From assembly GCA_963842945.1 (NCBI GenBank), contig CAWJIM010000005.1:96001-160000 (forward strand): DNA of 64,000 nucleotides, given 5' to 3'. This document shows positions 42,375 through 52,940 of the stretch, piece after piece. A program made the position numbers and the translations under genes. A model generated the notes under the pieces. It did not search any database and was not told where the DNA came from. It was given only the letters and a program-made list of their open reading frames with translations. The DNA is from an uncultured Gemmatimonadales bacterium. Its GTDB lineage: Bacteria > Gemmatimonadota > Gemmatimonadetes > Gemmatimonadales > GWC2-71-9. Each line of letters starts with the position of its first letter. The stretch's first letter is position 1.

Positions 42375-43353
42375 GAACACCAAATCCGCCTGGTCGGCTT
42401 CGGCGGTGGCTGCCTACCGTCAGCCCAACCCACGCATGCTCACCGAAGTTGCCGCGGGCCTGGCCGCGCCCCAGAAGGAGCTGCCGCCCAAGTACTTCTA
42501 CGATCATCGCGGCTCCGAGCTGTTCGAGGAGATCACCCGGCTCCCCGAGTACTATCCGACCCGAACCGAGCGGGCACTGCTCGAAGAGTGGATGCCTCAG
42601 CTCATCCCTGCTCTGGGGATTCGTTCCCTGGTGGAGCTCGGAGCCGGCAGTGCTGAAAAGAGCCGAATCATCCTGAGAGCAATGCGGGCTACCGGAATCG
42701 GCGGTGAGTACGTGCCGATCGACGTCAGCGCAAGCTTCCTGAACGACACGGCCACCCGTTTGCGGCGTGACTACCCGGGCCTGGTGGTCACACCGGTCGT
42801 GGCCGACATCGCGGAAGAGCTTACTCCGCCCGACCCGCTGCCCCACCCGGCTCTGTACGCCTTCCTCGGCGGCACCATCGGGAACTTCTATCCTCCGGCC
42901 GCCATCCGGCTGCTGGGACGGGTGCGCGCCGCCCTGACCGACGGCGACCGCTTCCTGATGGGAGTGGATTTGCGAAAGGATCCGCGCCGGATCGAGGCGG
43001 CCTATAACGACTCCCGGGGCGTGACCGCGGCCTTCAACCGAAACATGCTGCTGGTGCTCAATCACGAGCTCGGCTCGAACTTCGATCCGGACGCCTTTGA
43101 GCATCTGGCATTTTACGAGCCGGTGAATCACCGAATCGAAATGCATCTGATCTCGAAGCTGGAGCAGCAGGTCCGGATTCCGGGCATGGGGCTGGTGTAT
43201 TTCGCGGCCGGTGAATCGATCCGAACGGAAATCAGTTGCAAGCACGACCGGAGCAGCGTCAGCGAGTTGTTTACCGCCGCGGGCCTCCGCCTGGAATCCT
43301 GGCGGTCTGATCCCGAGGGGCTGTTTGCTCTGGTGGTGGGAGTCAGCACGTGA
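42368..43353 (+). CDS. egtD: L-histidine N-alpha-methyltransferase
   Basis: KELPPKYFYD..GSELFEEIT.LPEYYPTRTE, ELGAG, GGTIGN, AYND..GVTAAFN, TEISCK. Confidence 0.95.
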
Positions 43354-44606
43354 CCAGCCCTGCGGTCGATCGCCTGACCGAAGATCTTGCCCGGGTGGCG
43401 TTCGCCGGCACCGCCACGGACTCGGTCAGGCTGCACCGGATCGGAGCCGAGGTTGAGTTCATCCCGGTGGAGGCGCTCACCGGGCGGCGCTGCGCCATCG
43501 AAGACGAAGGCGTAACCTCAACCCTACCGCTGTTGCGCCGGTTCGGGGCCAAACAGGGATGGCGCGAGGGCATTACCGCCAAGGGCACGCCTTGCTTTGC
43601 TGTTCCCGGTGGCGGCGCCATCACCTTCGAGCCGGGCGGGCAGCTGGAATACAGCTCGCCCCCTTGTTTCACCGGCAGCTCGCTTCTGGACAACCTCCGT
43701 TCGGTAGTACTGCCGCTTCAGGCTGCCGCGGCTGGAGAAGGCATCGATCTGCTGGCGGGCGGGATCGATCCGTTCAACTCCATCGATCGTGCCCCTCTCC
43801 TGATTCGGGCCAAGCGCTATCAGTTGATGGCTGACTACTTCGCCACGCTGAATCCGGCCGGGGCGCAGATGATGCGCCAAACCGCATCGTTTCAGGTCAA
43901 CCTCGATTTTCCGGACCACCCCTGGCTCGCCTGGCGGGTGCTTAACGCCATGGCTCCTTACGTCTCGGCTATTTTCGCGACCTCTCCGCTGTACCAGCGG
44001 AGGCCCACCGGGTTCCAGAGTACCCGCGCCGCGGTGTGGCGCGCGGTGGACTCCCGGCGAACTGGGATGGCGTATGATCGGACAAATCCGGTCGAGGCGT
44101 ATCGTCAATTCGCGCTCGATGCACCGGTCATGCTCCTTCCACAGGTGGACGGGAGATATTGCACCTTTGCCGAGTGGCTCGAGGTTGCCGACCTGTCTCG
44201 GGAGGATTGGCACGAGCACTTGAGCACTCTCTTCCCCGAGGTCCGGCCTCGGGGCCACCTCGAGCTTCGGTCGGCCGACGCAGTACCGCCGCAGTGGTTT
44301 GCCGCACCAGTCGCGCTTCTGGCAGGGATTCTATACAACTCCGAAGCGCTTCACGCTGCTGACGCCCTTCTCGGCTCACCCGATCCCGACCTGCTGGACC
44401 GCGCTGCTCGTTGGGGGCTGCACGATCCGGGTTTCCGGACCGCGGCCACGGATCTCTTCGAGATCGCCCTGGCGGGTTGTCGGGTACTGGGTTCAGGCTA
44501 CTTCCATCCTTCAGACCTGGAGCAAGCTGAGGCGTTCTTCGACCAGTACACCGGCCGGGGACGGGCTCTGGCGGACGATGTCCTGGAGGACGCCGTCGCG
44601 GCGTAG
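43350..44606 (+). CDS. egtA: Glutamate--cysteine ligase (GCS2 family), EgtA-like
   Basis: IGAEVE, TFEPGGQLEYS, MMRQTASFQVNLD, HLSTLFPEVRPRGHLELRSAD; overlaps egtD stop. Confidence 0.85.
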   Translation: MTSPAVDRLTEDLARVAFAGTATDSVRLHRIGAEVEFIPVEALTGRRCAIEDEGVTSTLPLLRRFGAKQGWREGITAKGTPCFAVPGGGAITFEPGGQLEYSSPPCFTGSSLLDNLRSVVLPLQAAAAGEGIDLLAGGIDPFNSIDRAPLLIRAKRYQLMADYFATLNPAGAQMMRQTASFQVNLDFPDHPWLAWRVLNAMAPYVSAIFATSPLYQRRPTGFQSTRAAVWRAVDSRRTGMAYDRTNPVEAYRQFALDAPVMLLPQVDGRYCTFAEWLEVADLSREDWHEHLSTLFPEVRPRGHLELRSADAVPPQWFAAPVALLAGILYNSEALHAADALLGSPDPDLLDRAARWGLHDPGFRTAATDLFEIALAGCRVLGSGYFHPSDLEQAEAFFDQYTGRGRALADDVLEDAVAA

Positions 44607-44647
44607 TACGTATCGAGCAAGCCACCAACTCTGGCACAATCCACGAG

Positions 44648-45490
44648 CTGCCACCTGTCGTTTCCACCGGCTGGTTGGCGGCTCGTCTTGCATCGCCCGG
44701 TCTCAAGGTGGTGGACGGCTCCTGGTATCTGCCGGGAAGTGGCCGGTCGGGCGCGCGCGAGCATGCCGAGGGACACATCCCTGGAGCCGTGTTCCTGGAT
44801 CTCGATGAGGTGAGTGACCAGAGCTCCTCCCTGCCGCACATGCTCCCTTCCGCCGATGAATTCGCAGACCGAATGAGCGCGCTCGGCTTGAACGATCGAG
44901 ACGACCTGGTGGTCTACGATGGCTCCGGGACCAACCTGAGCGCAGCGCGGGTCTGGTGGATGTTCCGGGTATTCGGCCACAGTCGAGTGGCGGTGCTGGA
45001 CGGCGGCATGGGCAAGTGGCGATCCGAAGGACGGCCGGTGGAGCGGGGAATCGTTCAACTGCCGCGCGGCCACTTCAGCGCCGGCTTGAACCAGAGAGCC
45101 GTGCGAGATCTGGCGGCCATGCGGGCCAACCTGGAGCATCCGGCAGAGCAGGTGGTTGATCTCAGGCCGGCGGGCCGGTTCCGGGGAGAAGAGCCGGAAC
45201 CCCGGCGCGGGGTTCGGTCGGGCCATCTTCCGGGGAGCATTAACCTTCCTTTTACCGAGCTGGTCAATCCCGACGGCACGATCCTTCCTCTCAGCTCCCT
45301 CCGCCGGCGTCTCGAGGCTGCCGGCATTGACCTTTCGCAACCCATCGTTGCCACCTGCGGCTCCGGAACCAGCGCTTGCACCCTGGTTCTGACCCTCGAG
45401 CTGCTCGGCCACAGAGACACCGCGTTATACGACGGCGCCTGGACCGAATGGGGGGGCCGGAGCGATACGCCGGTCGGAACCGGACCATGA
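44648..45490 (+). CDS. sseA: Two-domain sulfurtransferase (3-mercaptopyruvate sulfurtransferase/SseA-like); start uncertain
   Basis: VST.WL, GHIPGAVF, HMLP, GHLPG, CGSGTSA active-site loop, LYDGAWTEW. Confidence 0.88.
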   Translation: MPPVVSTGWLAARLASPGLKVVDGSWYLPGSGRSGAREHAEGHIPGAVFLDLDEVSDQSSSLPHMLPSADEFADRMSALGLNDRDDLVVYDGSGTNLSAARVWWMFRVFGHSRVAVLDGGMGKWRSEGRPVERGIVQLPRGHFSAGLNQRAVRDLAAMRANLEHPAEQVVDLRPAGRFRGEEPEPRRGVRSGHLPGSINLPFTELVNPDGTILPLSSLRRRLEAAGIDLSQPIVATCGSGTSACTLVLTLELLGHRDTALYDGAWTEWGGRSDTPVGTGP

Positions 45491-45500
45491 AGGAGCGGAC

Positions 45501-47028
45501 GTGGGTATCACCATCAATGCTCGCTTCGTCACCACCGAAGGGGAGAAGCCAGCGAGCCCGGCCCTGGCGCTGGGCTGCATGGCGCTCTTCCTGTTGCCCT
45601 TCGGTGCGGCCGGGATCTTCGGTCTGGTGGTGGGTGCCAAACGGGCTGTTGAGGGCAATTCCCACGATGCCGGCGTACTGCTCCTGGTGGGTATGGCGTT
45701 CACGCTGGTTGCGGGCGCCGGCTACACCGGACTGTTTCTGGGCCGCCGAAAGCTCGCAGAACAGGAGAGACTGAGGGCCCGGCATCCCGATCAGCCCTGG
45801 TTCTGGCGGCCGGACTGGGCCACCGGCCAAGTCCGCGATAGCACGCGGGCAACTCTCTGGGGCTCCTGGCTGTTCTCCGCTCTCTGGAACCTGGTGAGCC
45901 TCCCGGTTGCGATTGTGGCCCTGCGGGAGGCGTTACAGCTGGGCAACCGTGCGGCCTATGCCGCAGTCATTTTCCCCATAGCCGGCCTCGGGCTGCTGGT
46001 CTGGGCCATCCGCAACACCCTCCGATTCCGAAGAGACGGTACCTCCGTCCTCGAGTTGTCTACCCTTCCGGCCGTCATAGGCCACCGTCTGGTGGGGCGG
46101 GTTCGAGCGTCCAGTCTGCTGCAGCCGGCTGCCGGCTTCGAGGCTGTCCTCAGCTGTGTTCGCCGCGTAACCAGTCGAGGCAGCGAGGATAGTTCCACCA
46201 CCGAGAGCATCCTGTGGCAGGAAGAGAAGCGGGTGCGCGGCGAGCCCAATCGCGATCCCCGCGGCATGGCGACATTCATTCCGATTGCCTTCCAGATTCC
46301 GAGACGACGTGCGCGGCTCAGACCCGACGGCCTCGAACGATTATGTGCTCTGGCGTCTGACGCTGTCCGCTGCGATACCTGGAGTGGATTACCAGTCGGT
46401 GTTCGAAGTGCCGGTCTTTCGCACCTCTGCCAGTGATACCGCGCCAACTGAGGAGGATCGACGGGCTGGAGCCGAACAGGCGCTGAGCCTGACCGAATAT
46501 CGGCAGCCGGCCGATTCCCGCATCAGCGTGGTCCGGAATCGTCGAGGTGTCGAGCTCACCTTTCCCGCCGCACGCAATCCAGGGGCGGCACTGGGCTTGA
46601 CTGTCTTCACCCTGCTCTGGTCAGGCATCGTCGCGGCGCTGATTCGATTCCATGCGCCGCTCTTCTTCCCGGTCGTCTTCGGGGCTGTCGGGTTATTGCT
46701 CGTGGTGGGAAGCCTGGAGCTGTGGCTGACCGTCTCCCGGGTGGTGGTGGATAAGGAATCGATCACTGTCGCTCAGGGCTATATCTATGCCGGCTCAGAG
46801 AAGATCGTCCCGTCGGCCCAGATCGCCTCGGTGATCACCAAGATCAGCATGCAGGCCGGCTCGCGGCCGTATTACGACGTGGTGCTGGTGACTACTGCAG
46901 GAAAGCAAATTGCCGCCGGCCGCTGGATCCGCAACAAGCGCGAGGCCGAATGGCTGGCGGCCACCATAAAGGAAGGGTTAGGGCTATTGGGCCGGGGGAG
47001 CGAGGTTCCCGCAGGCCACAATCACTGA
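45501..47028 (+). CDS. Hypothetical multi-TM membrane protein, frameshift near 46300
   Basis: ORFs 45501..46436 and 46285..47028 join; paired TM hairpins with soluble beta domains. Confidence 0.65.
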
Positions 47029-47463
47029 CATGTTCTTGGACGAGGCGTGCACGTTGATAAAGTACCTTCCGGTCCGTGGCAGCGAGGTGGCCAGGTTTGC
47101 GCTCGCCTCCGCTCGCCCGTCGTCTTTCACCTTGAGCGGGGGATACGCGTCGGCTGGACCCGCAATGCCCTGATCCGAGCCACACTCACCCCGATGCACG
47201 TGCCAGGGATGGACTGCCTTCGGCAGCGCATTGGAGATGGAGATGTGAGCGACGATCTGACCCTGGTTCTTTGGATCCACCGCAACCCAGCCTTCTCCCC
47301 TGATATCCGCCACCCCCGCGAGCTGCGGCGGACTGGAGAGAACCGCGTTCCATCGCGAAGACACTGTCTGTGCATCGGGATTCATCTCCACCGGTTTCCC
47401 TCCGCCGCAGGACGTCAACGCGAAACCCAGCAGGGTCAGACCGACAAGGTGGCGACTCTTCAT
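46984..47463 (-). CDS. Lipoprotein with Cu/Zn-SOD-like/CHRD-like His motifs
   Basis: Lipobox LTSC; HPWHVHRGECG, INVH, VACG. Confidence 0.65.
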   Translation of the reverse strand: MKSRHLVGLTLLGFALTSCGGGKPVEMNPDAQTVSSRWNAVLSSPPQLAGVADIRGEGWVAVDPKNQGQIVAHISISNALPKAVHPWHVHRGECGSDQGIAGPADAYPPLKVKDDGRAEASANLATSLPRTGRYFINVHASSKNMSVIVACGNLAPPAQ

Positions 47464-47569
47464 AGGAACCTCGGGAGGAGGCGGGGAACGGCGCTTGGCC
47501 TTAATGCGCAACGTATATGCGCCTCGACGCGCTCCGTCGCCGTGATGAGCGACACAGGTGCCGGCTGCG

Positions 47570-48832
47570 TCAGCGGAACAGCCCTCCGTAGCGCAACGGC
47601 TCCCCGGTTTCCCACGGGCGGTACCGGTTGGCAAAATCGACCCTGTCGCCCAGCGACGGATGACTGCCCCGCCACAGCCGGTACAATGTGCCGGGCCGGG
47701 GCACGGCAAGGTTCTCCTGCTGCAGCCGCACGAACGTCGTGGCAGCCGCATGATTGTCCCGGGTGAGCTCGAGCCCGAAACGGTCGGCCTCGTGCTCCTG
47801 ATGCCGGGTATAGGCCAGCACCAGTGGCGTGGAGATCAGTGAGACGGCGGTGGACAACAGTAGCAGCAGGGGCAGCGACGCAAAATCCGACAGGCGATCG
47901 AAGCCAAAGCGGCCGGAAAAGCGCGCGATCAGCCGCCCGGCCAGCCGGTGCACTACGTAGAGAGAGAGCGTCGTCAGCAGCGTGATCACGCCGATCAGCG
48001 CGGCGACATGTCCCAACACGAAATGTCCCATCTCGTGCCCGGTCACGAACGCCACCTGATCGGGATCCAGCTTCTCCAGTATCGTGTCCCAGAGAACAAT
48101 CCGTTTGGTGGAGCCCACGCCGGTCACGTACGCGTTGACCGTCTTGGTATCGACGCTCTTGTCCACCTGGTAGACTCTGCTGCCCGGAATGCCGGCGCGC
48201 TCGGCCAGCTGCAGGATGCGCTGTTCCAGGACGTGATCCTTCATCGGCCCGAAGTGATTGAACAGCGGATCGATCCACACCGGGGCCACGATCAGCAGGA
48301 ACGTCGCAATCGGCGCGCTGGCCATGCCGGCGTACAGCCACCAGCGGCGGGGACTCCGCCGAAGCAAGAGGTAGGGAATCCACAGGACCAGCGCCAAGCC
48401 GAGCCCGCTCAGCCCCACTCCTTTGAGCCAGTCACCCACCCACTTGCTCAGGCTCTGGTTCGAAAGCCCATAGGCGTGCTGTCGGACAAAGCCTTCGTAG
48501 TAGGCGAGCGGCAACCCCAGGACTGCGGATATCGCGGTGAACAGCAGAGCGTACACCATCAGCGATGGCAGCCAGGAACGGCCCACCCGAAAAGCCGCCG
48601 AGCGCACTCGGGCGGACCATCCGGTGTACAGGAGCAGCGCGGGAAGCAGCAGGCTCAGGGCCGTGCCGAGTGCCCAGAGAACATTCCCGCTCCGGTAATA
48701 CTGGAGCGCCAGGGGCGTGGGGTCCGGCACCCTGACCTCGGCGGTTTGAATGCTGTCGCGCGACAGCGCCGGGGCCTCCCCCTGCGGGCCGCGAACGGCT
48801 ACACTAGTCACGCCAAGTTCTGTTGGGACCAC
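47570..48832 (-). CDS. M48 (Ste24-like) membrane zinc metallopeptidase; start uncertain
   Basis: NAYVTG, KRIVLWDT, HEMGH, EHEADRF, SHPSL..R. Confidence 0.92.
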   Translation of the reverse strand: MVPTELGVTSVAVRGPQGEAPALSRDSIQTAEVRVPDPTPLALQYYRSGNVLWALGTALSLLLPALLLYTGWSARVRSAAFRVGRSWLPSLMVYALLFTAISAVLGLPLAYYEGFVRQHAYGLSNQSLSKWVGDWLKGVGLSGLGLALVLWIPYLLLRRSPRRWWLYAGMASAPIATFLLIVAPVWIDPLFNHFGPMKDHVLEQRILQLAERAGIPGSRVYQVDKSVDTKTVNAYVTGVGSTKRIVLWDTILEKLDPDQVAFVTGHEMGHFVLGHVAALIGVITLLTTLSLYVVHRLAGRLIARFSGRFGFDRLSDFASLPLLLLLSTAVSLISTPLVLAYTRHQEHEADRFGLELTRDNHAAATTFVRLQQENLAVPRPGTLYRLWRGSHPSLGDRVDFANRYRPWETGEPLRYGGLFR

Positions 48833-48855
48833 TCACGTTCTCCTCCGAGGCAAAC

Positions 48856-49059
48856 ATGCGAGCGCTCTTTGCCATTCTCGCGCTGCTGGGTGTAGCCGGC
48901 ATAGCGTTCGGCGTACTCACCATCATTCGGGGCGCCAGTGGATCCAATGCGGCACCATTTAGTTTCGAGAACTATGGCGGCCCCGGCCCCATCATAGCCG
49001 GGGTGGTCGTGCTGGCGGCAAGCCTCTACCTGCTCTCCATCTGGAAGCCCCGGGAGTAA
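48856..49059 (+). CDS. Small two-TM membrane protein
   Basis: GAGG RBS before ATG; two hydrophobic helices. Confidence 0.6.
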   Translation: MRALFAILALLGVAGIAFGVLTIIRGASGSNAAPFSFENYGGPGPIIAGVVVLAASLYLLSIWKPRE

Positions 49060-49081
49060 ACCCTCTGATTAGGAGCGGACC

Positions 49082-49297
49082 ATGCGACCCCTTTCGCTGA
49101 TCGGCATCGTTCTCCTGGCCCTCGGAGCCTTCATCATCTTCCGCGGCGCCAGTTACAAGTCCAAGGACGAAGTGCTGAGGGTCGGAGACCTCAAGGCCTC
49201 AGTCGAGGAGAAGCATGCGGTCCCGACCTGGGTCGGCGGAGCCGCCATCGTCGCCGGTGTCGTGCTCCTCGCGGCGGGGATGAGACGGCGCGCCTGA
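49082..49297 (+). CDS. Small two-TM membrane protein (DUF3185-like)
   Basis: AGGAG RBS; IGIVL...G.LKAS.EEK...P.WVGG pattern. Confidence 0.7.
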   Translation: MRPLSLIGIVLLALGAFIIFRGASYKSKDEVLRVGDLKASVEEKHAVPTWVGGAAIVAGVVLLAAGMRRRA

Positions 49298-49302
49298 CCC
49301 CG

Positions 49303-49638
49303 GTGACCTACCAGCGAATCTATCGAGTTGTCCGCCGAATTCCCCGCGGACGGGTCGCGACCTACGGTCAGGTCGCGGCGCTCGCGGGCCTCCATGGCCA
49401 TGCCAGGCAGGTTGGGTACGCGTTGCACGCACTGCCCTCGGGCAGCACGGTGCCCTGGCACCGGGTGGTCAATGCCCGAGGTGCTATCAGCCTTCGCTCG
49501 GTGCCTGGCGCCGAGCTGGTGCAGCAACAGCTGCTGGCGCGAGAAGGCGTGCGGTTGGACGGAAAAGGACGGGTTCCCCTCAGCCGGGTGCGTTGGGTTC
49601 CTCGGACCGGCGCTCGAGGCCGCCGGGTTAGCCGGTGA
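49303..49638 (+). CDS. Alkyltransferase-like (ATL, MGMT family) protein
   Basis: IPRGRVATYGQVA, RQVGYAL, PWHRVVN (Trp in place of catalytic Cys). Confidence 0.92.
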   Translation: MTYQRIYRVVRRIPRGRVATYGQVAALAGLHGHARQVGYALHALPSGSTVPWHRVVNARGAISLRSVPGAELVQQQLLAREGVRLDGKGRVPLSRVRWVPRTGARGRRVSR

Positions 49639-50540
49639 TCATTCACGTTCTCGGCGTACCGATGGATCTGGGTTCGGGCCGTCGGGGTGTCGACATGGGC
49701 CCCTCCGCCATCCGGATCGCCGGCATGGGCGCGCGTCTGACCGAGCTGGGCCACAAGGTCGTCGATGAGGGCGACATTGTCATCAAGAATATCGAAGAGC
49801 TGAAGGTCGGTGACGAGCGGGCCCGCTATCTCCCCGAGATCGCCCGAGCAGCCACGGCTGTGGCGCGAAAGGTCGAGCGTATCATCGGGCTGAAACACTT
49901 TCCGCTGGTACTCGGGGGAGACCACTCCATTGCCGTCGGAACGGTGTCCGGCATTGCCGCCTTCGCCCATAGTCAGGGCAAGAAGCTCGGGCTCCTCTGG
50001 ATCGACGCCCATGGCGACATCAATACTCCCGAAACCTCACCCACCGGAAATATTCACGGAATGCCCCTTGCCGCTCTGCTCGGGTTTGGAGCTCCGGAGC
50101 TGACCAGTGTCGGAGGACCTACGCCCAAAGTGGATCCGGCCAACGTTGCCTTGGTCGGGATTCGAAGTCTCGATGCCGGAGAGAAGAAGCGGCTGAAGGA
50201 AACCGGCGTGCAGGTCCATACCATGTCCGACATCGACCGGCATGGGGTGTCTCGAATCATGAAAAAGGCACTGGGCCAGGTCACCGCCGGCACCGACTTC
50301 GTGCATGTGAGTCTGGACCTCGACGCGGTGGACCCTTCCGTGACTCCCGGCGTCGGAACGCCGGTCAAAGGCGGGCTGGCCTACCGCGAGGCGCACCTCA
50401 TCATGGAGGTCATTGCCGACGCCGGCGTCATGACCTCGCTCGAGGTGGTCGAGGTCAATCCCATCCTGGATGAGGGCAACGCTTCGGCCGAGTTCGCCGT
50501 GGAGCTGGTCCAGTCGGCCTTCGGAAAGAAGATCCTTTAG
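49635..50540 (+). CDS. rocF: Arginase
   Basis: GGDHS, DAHGD, GNIHGMP, SLDLDAVDP, VEVNP. Confidence 0.95.
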   Translation: MIIHVLGVPMDLGSGRRGVDMGPSAIRIAGMGARLTELGHKVVDEGDIVIKNIEELKVGDERARYLPEIARAATAVARKVERIIGLKHFPLVLGGDHSIAVGTVSGIAAFAHSQGKKLGLLWIDAHGDINTPETSPTGNIHGMPLAALLGFGAPELTSVGGPTPKVDPANVALVGIRSLDAGEKKRLKETGVQVHTMSDIDRHGVSRIMKKALGQVTAGTDFVHVSLDLDAVDPSVTPGVGTPVKGGLAYREAHLIMEVIADAGVMTSLEVVEVNPILDEGNASAEFAVELVQSAFGKKIL

Positions 50541-50625
50541 GACTGCGGGCAATCTTCGGGGGCTTTCCCTTTGTGGGGGGCGCTGTGTACTATAGGTCGA
50601 TTCTGCCGGGAGAGTCGGCCCATGC

Positions 50626-50907
50626 TTGAGTTTGAGTCTTATCCCTCGCCCCAGCGCGGTCCGGCGCGTCTGCAAGTCCTCCGGTAGTATTCGCCCGGCT
50701 CAGAGCGGCGACAGCAGTCTCGAAGCCCGGCTGAAGCCCGACTGTGCTCACATCTATCCCGGCGTGGATCCCGCAGTGTGGTATCGGGTGCTGCAGGAAG
50801 GCGAATACCGGGATGAGATGGAAGGGCTCTGGATTCAGGTGAACGACTGGGTGACCTACGTGCTGGCCAAGCATTTTGATGTGCAGTCCCGCGCCGAGAT
50901 GCACTAG
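50626..50907 (+). CDS. Hypothetical protein
   Basis: Fills the gap between genes; protein-like C-terminal half; start uncertain. Confidence 0.45.
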   Translation: MSLSLIPRPSAVRRVCKSSGSIRPAQSGDSSLEARLKPDCAHIYPGVDPAVWYRVLQEGEYRDEMEGLWIQVNDWVTYVLAKHFDVQSRAEMH

Positions 50908-51336
50908 CTACTGCTCCAGCGTGGGCGCAAGCAGCTCGCGCACTTTCCTCCCCAGCTGTTCTGATGTGAAGGGCTTCTGAATGAAGGGGACCGTTGGATC
51001 GAGCGATCCTTCGGTGACCATCCGTCCCGCCGCAAATCCGGACATGTAGAGCACCCGAATCTGGGGCCAGCACTGGGCAATCGTCTCTCCCAGCTCACGG
51101 CCGCCGATGCCCGGCATGGCCACGTCGGTTACCACCCCGTCGATCCGGTGTGCTCCGCGGCGGAGCAGCCGAACCGCTTCCTGTCCACTCCCGGCGACCA
51201 GCACTCGGAAGCCCAGAGTGACGAGCATGCGAGCTGCCAGCCTGCGGACCATCTCCTCATCGTCCACCACCAGCAGCGTTGGGTGGGTCAGGCCGTCTGA
51301 CTCCGACTGACTGAGATCAGCAGTCACTAGGCGCAT
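50908..51336 (-). CDS. Single-domain response regulator
   Basis: LVVDDE, TDVAMPG, YMSG, QKPF. Confidence 0.88.
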   Translation of the reverse strand: MRLVTADLSQSESDGLTHPTLLVVDDEEMVRRLAARMLVTLGFRVLVAGSGQEAVRLLRRGAHRIDGVVTDVAMPGIGGRELGETIAQCWPQIRVLYMSGFAAGRMVTEGSLDPTVPFIQKPFTSEQLGRKVRELLAPTLEQ

Positions 51337-51584
51337 TCTCCATCGTCGCCAATGGAGTGGATCGAGATCCACGGCTCGCGCCGGATTACGGCTGCTCCTG
51401 CGTGAGGTCGCCACCGATGGCGACGAGCCCAGAAGGCGACATATGGGCCCCCAACTCGGCGATCACTATGGACTGATCAGAAAGGATCAGCCGTGCCGAA
51501 TGTCACAGGTGGAGTGCGATTCGGGCCGCCCGAAGTTGTTCACGTGTCGTGATCCCAGTCACCGATTCGGCGAAGCATCGACAT

Positions 51585-51914
51585 TTACGGCTTCGCGTCA
51601 TCCGATGGCGCACCTTGCTCCAGCCAGCTTCGAAAGAATGTGGATTGTCGTGCGAGGTGCCAATCGGCAAGAACTTCGCGCGCCATTGCAAGCATCGGTC
51701 CGGTCGCGCCATCGCGGCTGAGGCAGCAGTCAGTCAGCCACTGCTCGTATAGCTCCGGCTCAGGATCCTGACGCACGGTCTCTTCCAGTATGCTGCGTTT
51801 GAGCTCGAGTCCAATCGAATCGGGTGTGGTGTTCCGCTTTCGTTTCCGGCGACGGCCCTCTGATGCGTCGAGGGCCGCAAGCAGCCGGCTACAGACCTGC
51901 GCCGGCCGCATCAT
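51585..51914 (-). CDS. Hypothetical protein at end of fdh operon
   Basis: ATG overlaps fdhE stop; EGRRRKRKRNTTPDSIG motif. Confidence 0.7.
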   Translation of the reverse strand: MMRPAQVCSRLLAALDASEGRRRKRKRNTTPDSIGLELKRSILEETVRQDPEPELYEQWLTDCCLSRDGATGPMLAMAREVLADWHLARQSTFFRSWLEQGAPSDDAKP

Positions 51915-52779
51915 CGGTCAGCTGCAGTGCCAGCGGGAACGCCGATGTCTGAGGCCGATGATAGCCTCGCTCCAGCGCCACCAGGTCCAGCTCGACCGTC
52001 TCGAGATCCTGCAGCAGCAGCTCGAGCGGCAGGAAAGCCCTGGAGACTGGCAACCGATTTGAGATACCCATGGCAGGTCTCGCAGGTCTCCACCTTGAGC
52101 AGCTCCCCCGATTCATCGGGCGCGAGTGAGCCGAGCTGCCGGTGGTCCCGCTCGCCACAATAGATGCAGTAGAGCCACTCGACCTCCCAGTCGGCGGCGC
52201 AGCGTCCGCACCGAAGCCGGCGGCTGCGATCCAGCCCCCGCCGCTCCGCCAGCACCGGCCAGGCGGCGCAGATCGGACAGTAGCCTTCGGGCCAGTGGTG
52301 GGGAGTAGACTCTGGAGCTGCTGACTGCAGGCCTGGAGCAAGGGAAGCGCGGCCATGTGAGCGAGCGAGTCAAGCGCCGCGGGATCCACATCTTGTTGAG
52401 TCGCCAGGAGCTGGATGACGTGAGTGTTTCCGATGATTGCTGATGACATGAGCGCCAGGGAATCGGCGCGAGAGACACGAAGGCCACGAAGCGAACGGCC
52501 TCCCTCTATTTCTCCGGCGGTGAACGCGAGCTCCTCGATCAGCGACTGAGCCCGGCCGGCATCCACTCGAAGCGTGCGGTTGTGCAGCAGGGGCTCACGC
52601 CGGCTTGCGCTCGGCGAAATGCGGGCCGGCGTGAGAGCCAGAGGCCACCGCCCGCCGTCCATCGCCCGCCGCGCCACGTCCAGCAGACCGATCCAGCCTT
52701 GCCACTCCGGCCGCCGCCGCGCGACCTCGGCTAGTCGGGTGGTGGGGTCGCTCCGAAGACCGGCGGCGGTCCGTGACAT
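51911..52779 (-). CDS. fdhE: Formate dehydrogenase accessory protein FdhE, two frameshifts
   Basis: R.LRC..C...W, C..CGE, C..C.GYLK Cys pairs; operon context. Confidence 0.85.
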
Positions 52780-52940
52780 TCCACGCGCTCCGTCACACAG
52801 GGTGTGTCGTGATAAGGCTGGGCTCCCGCATGCAGCTCGACCGGGTGGCCCCAGTTCTTGACGTCTGCTCCGCGCTGGCCTCGGGGCCGGCCCGCTTCCG
52901 GGCTGGCGCACCCTGCAATCAGGCAGAGAGTGATTGTCAC
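52731..52940 (-). CDS. Small lipoprotein in fdh operon
   Basis: Lipobox IAGC; start overlaps nrfD stop. Confidence 0.55.
   Translation of the reverse strand: MTITLCLIAGCASPEAGRPRGQRGADVKNWGHPVELHAGAQPYHDTPCVTERVECHGPPPVFGATPPPD

Noticed and set aside
44648..45490. EanB anaerobic ergothioneine synthase
   Set aside because: About 280 aa with a 3-MST-type CGSG loop; shorter than the larger multi-domain EanB
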